Source of the DNA: Octopus bimaculoides | Lineage: Eukaryota | Reading direction: 5' to 3' | DNA length: 34,662 bases | Assembly (NCBI RefSeq): GCF_001194135.2 | Contig: NC_068985.1 | Location: forward strand, 62,171,728-62,206,389 | Shown: in pieces, positions 34,028 through 34,662 of the stretch | Position numbering within the stretch: the first letter of the stretch is position 1 | How the letters are laid out: each line of letters opens with the position of its first letter | Position numbers and translations under genes: made by a program | Notes under the pieces: model-generated | Databases searched by the model: none | What the model was told of the DNA's origin: nothing | What the model saw: the letters and a program-made list of their open reading frames with translations, nothing else

Positions 34028-34172
34028 ATGAAGATGGATGGAAACTTGTACCGTTTACACAGGAATGGACTTTACTGGTGTCACCGCAGCCCCCTCAAAC
34101 TCCAATTGGGGACAATCGTCCATGTGCTCCTTTTTTCTCTACTCGGAGTTTTTCTTCCAAAAGCCACTGCAG
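34028..34172 (+). CDS. First coding exon of an unidentified secreted or type I membrane protein (signal peptide); the gene continues beyond the window
   Basis: MKMDGNLYRLHRNGLYWCHRSPLKLQLGTIVHVLLFSLLGVFLPKATA-G: hydrophobic h-region, A-T-A cleavage motif, consensus phase-1 donor GCAG|GTATGT at 34173. Upstream acceptor ...CTTTTACCTGCTTTTAG| at 33922. An alternative in-frame ATG lies at 33938. Confidence 0.6.
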
Positions 34173-34186
34173 GTATGTCACGCTCC

Positions 34187-34188
34187 AT

Positions 34189-34228
<40 letters not shown>
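34187..34228. repeat. (CTA)n microsatellite; (CA)n also at 34615-34662
   Basis: Direct reading. Confidence 0.98.
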
Positions 34229-34229
<1 letters not shown>

Positions 34230-34614
34230 ATATGGTCTCACAGTTTCACGCACGCCATACACACACACTCGCCCTTGATAAGATTGTGAGTGCATTGAAA
34301 AGTCGATGTATTATAGCTTTGTTTAAGACAACTTAGCTTAGAAAGAGAGGGGAAGTAAAGGTGGTTAATTACTATGTTAATTATAATATCAACAACCTTT
34401 TGTATAAATACTAACATTTGCTGGTAACCAAGTTCTTAAACTTTATAAATATGTCGAAAACAACTGTAGGTTAAACTTAAATGCAATTATATAATTTAAA
34501 TCTATATATTAATTTAAATATGGATTGATCAAACTATTATTTTTCAAATATCTAATTATTATTCTAAATATATTCATTTAAATATATATTATTCTCAATA
34601 ACATTAATTTAAAT

Positions 34615-34662
<48 letters not shown>

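Overview
Eukaryotic, gap-rich (about 11 N runs), AT- and microsatellite-rich animal DNA. The repeat content points to a coleoid cephalopod, probably Octopus (inference, not checked). There is no complete host gene, rRNA, true tRNA or CRISPR array. Most of the window is dead mobile elements: decayed SINE copies and a CR1-like LINE relic (0.8-6.2 kb), a complete IR/DR-type DD34E Tc1 (6209-7793), four 5'-truncated R4/Dong-type RLE LINEs plus a small fragment (all + strand), two Penelope-like GIY-YIG fragments, a near full-length L1/Tx1-clade LINE (- strand, about 15.2-20.6 kb), several tRNA-derived SINEs and a DD34D mariner (- strand). The only convincing host signal is a signal-peptide-encoding first coding exon at about 33923-34172 (+); there is also a promoter-like duplicated motif cluster at 28.8-28.95 kb. 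Most notable are several minimal hammerhead-ribozyme folds of Penelope type. One may be the tail of a composite element (tRNA head, (AAT)n, hammerhead) that also has an inverted 5' duplication. The R4/Dong copies abut trinucleotide microsatellites, and two of them share a covarying 3' stem-loop. All translations and folds were done by eye; no searches were run.
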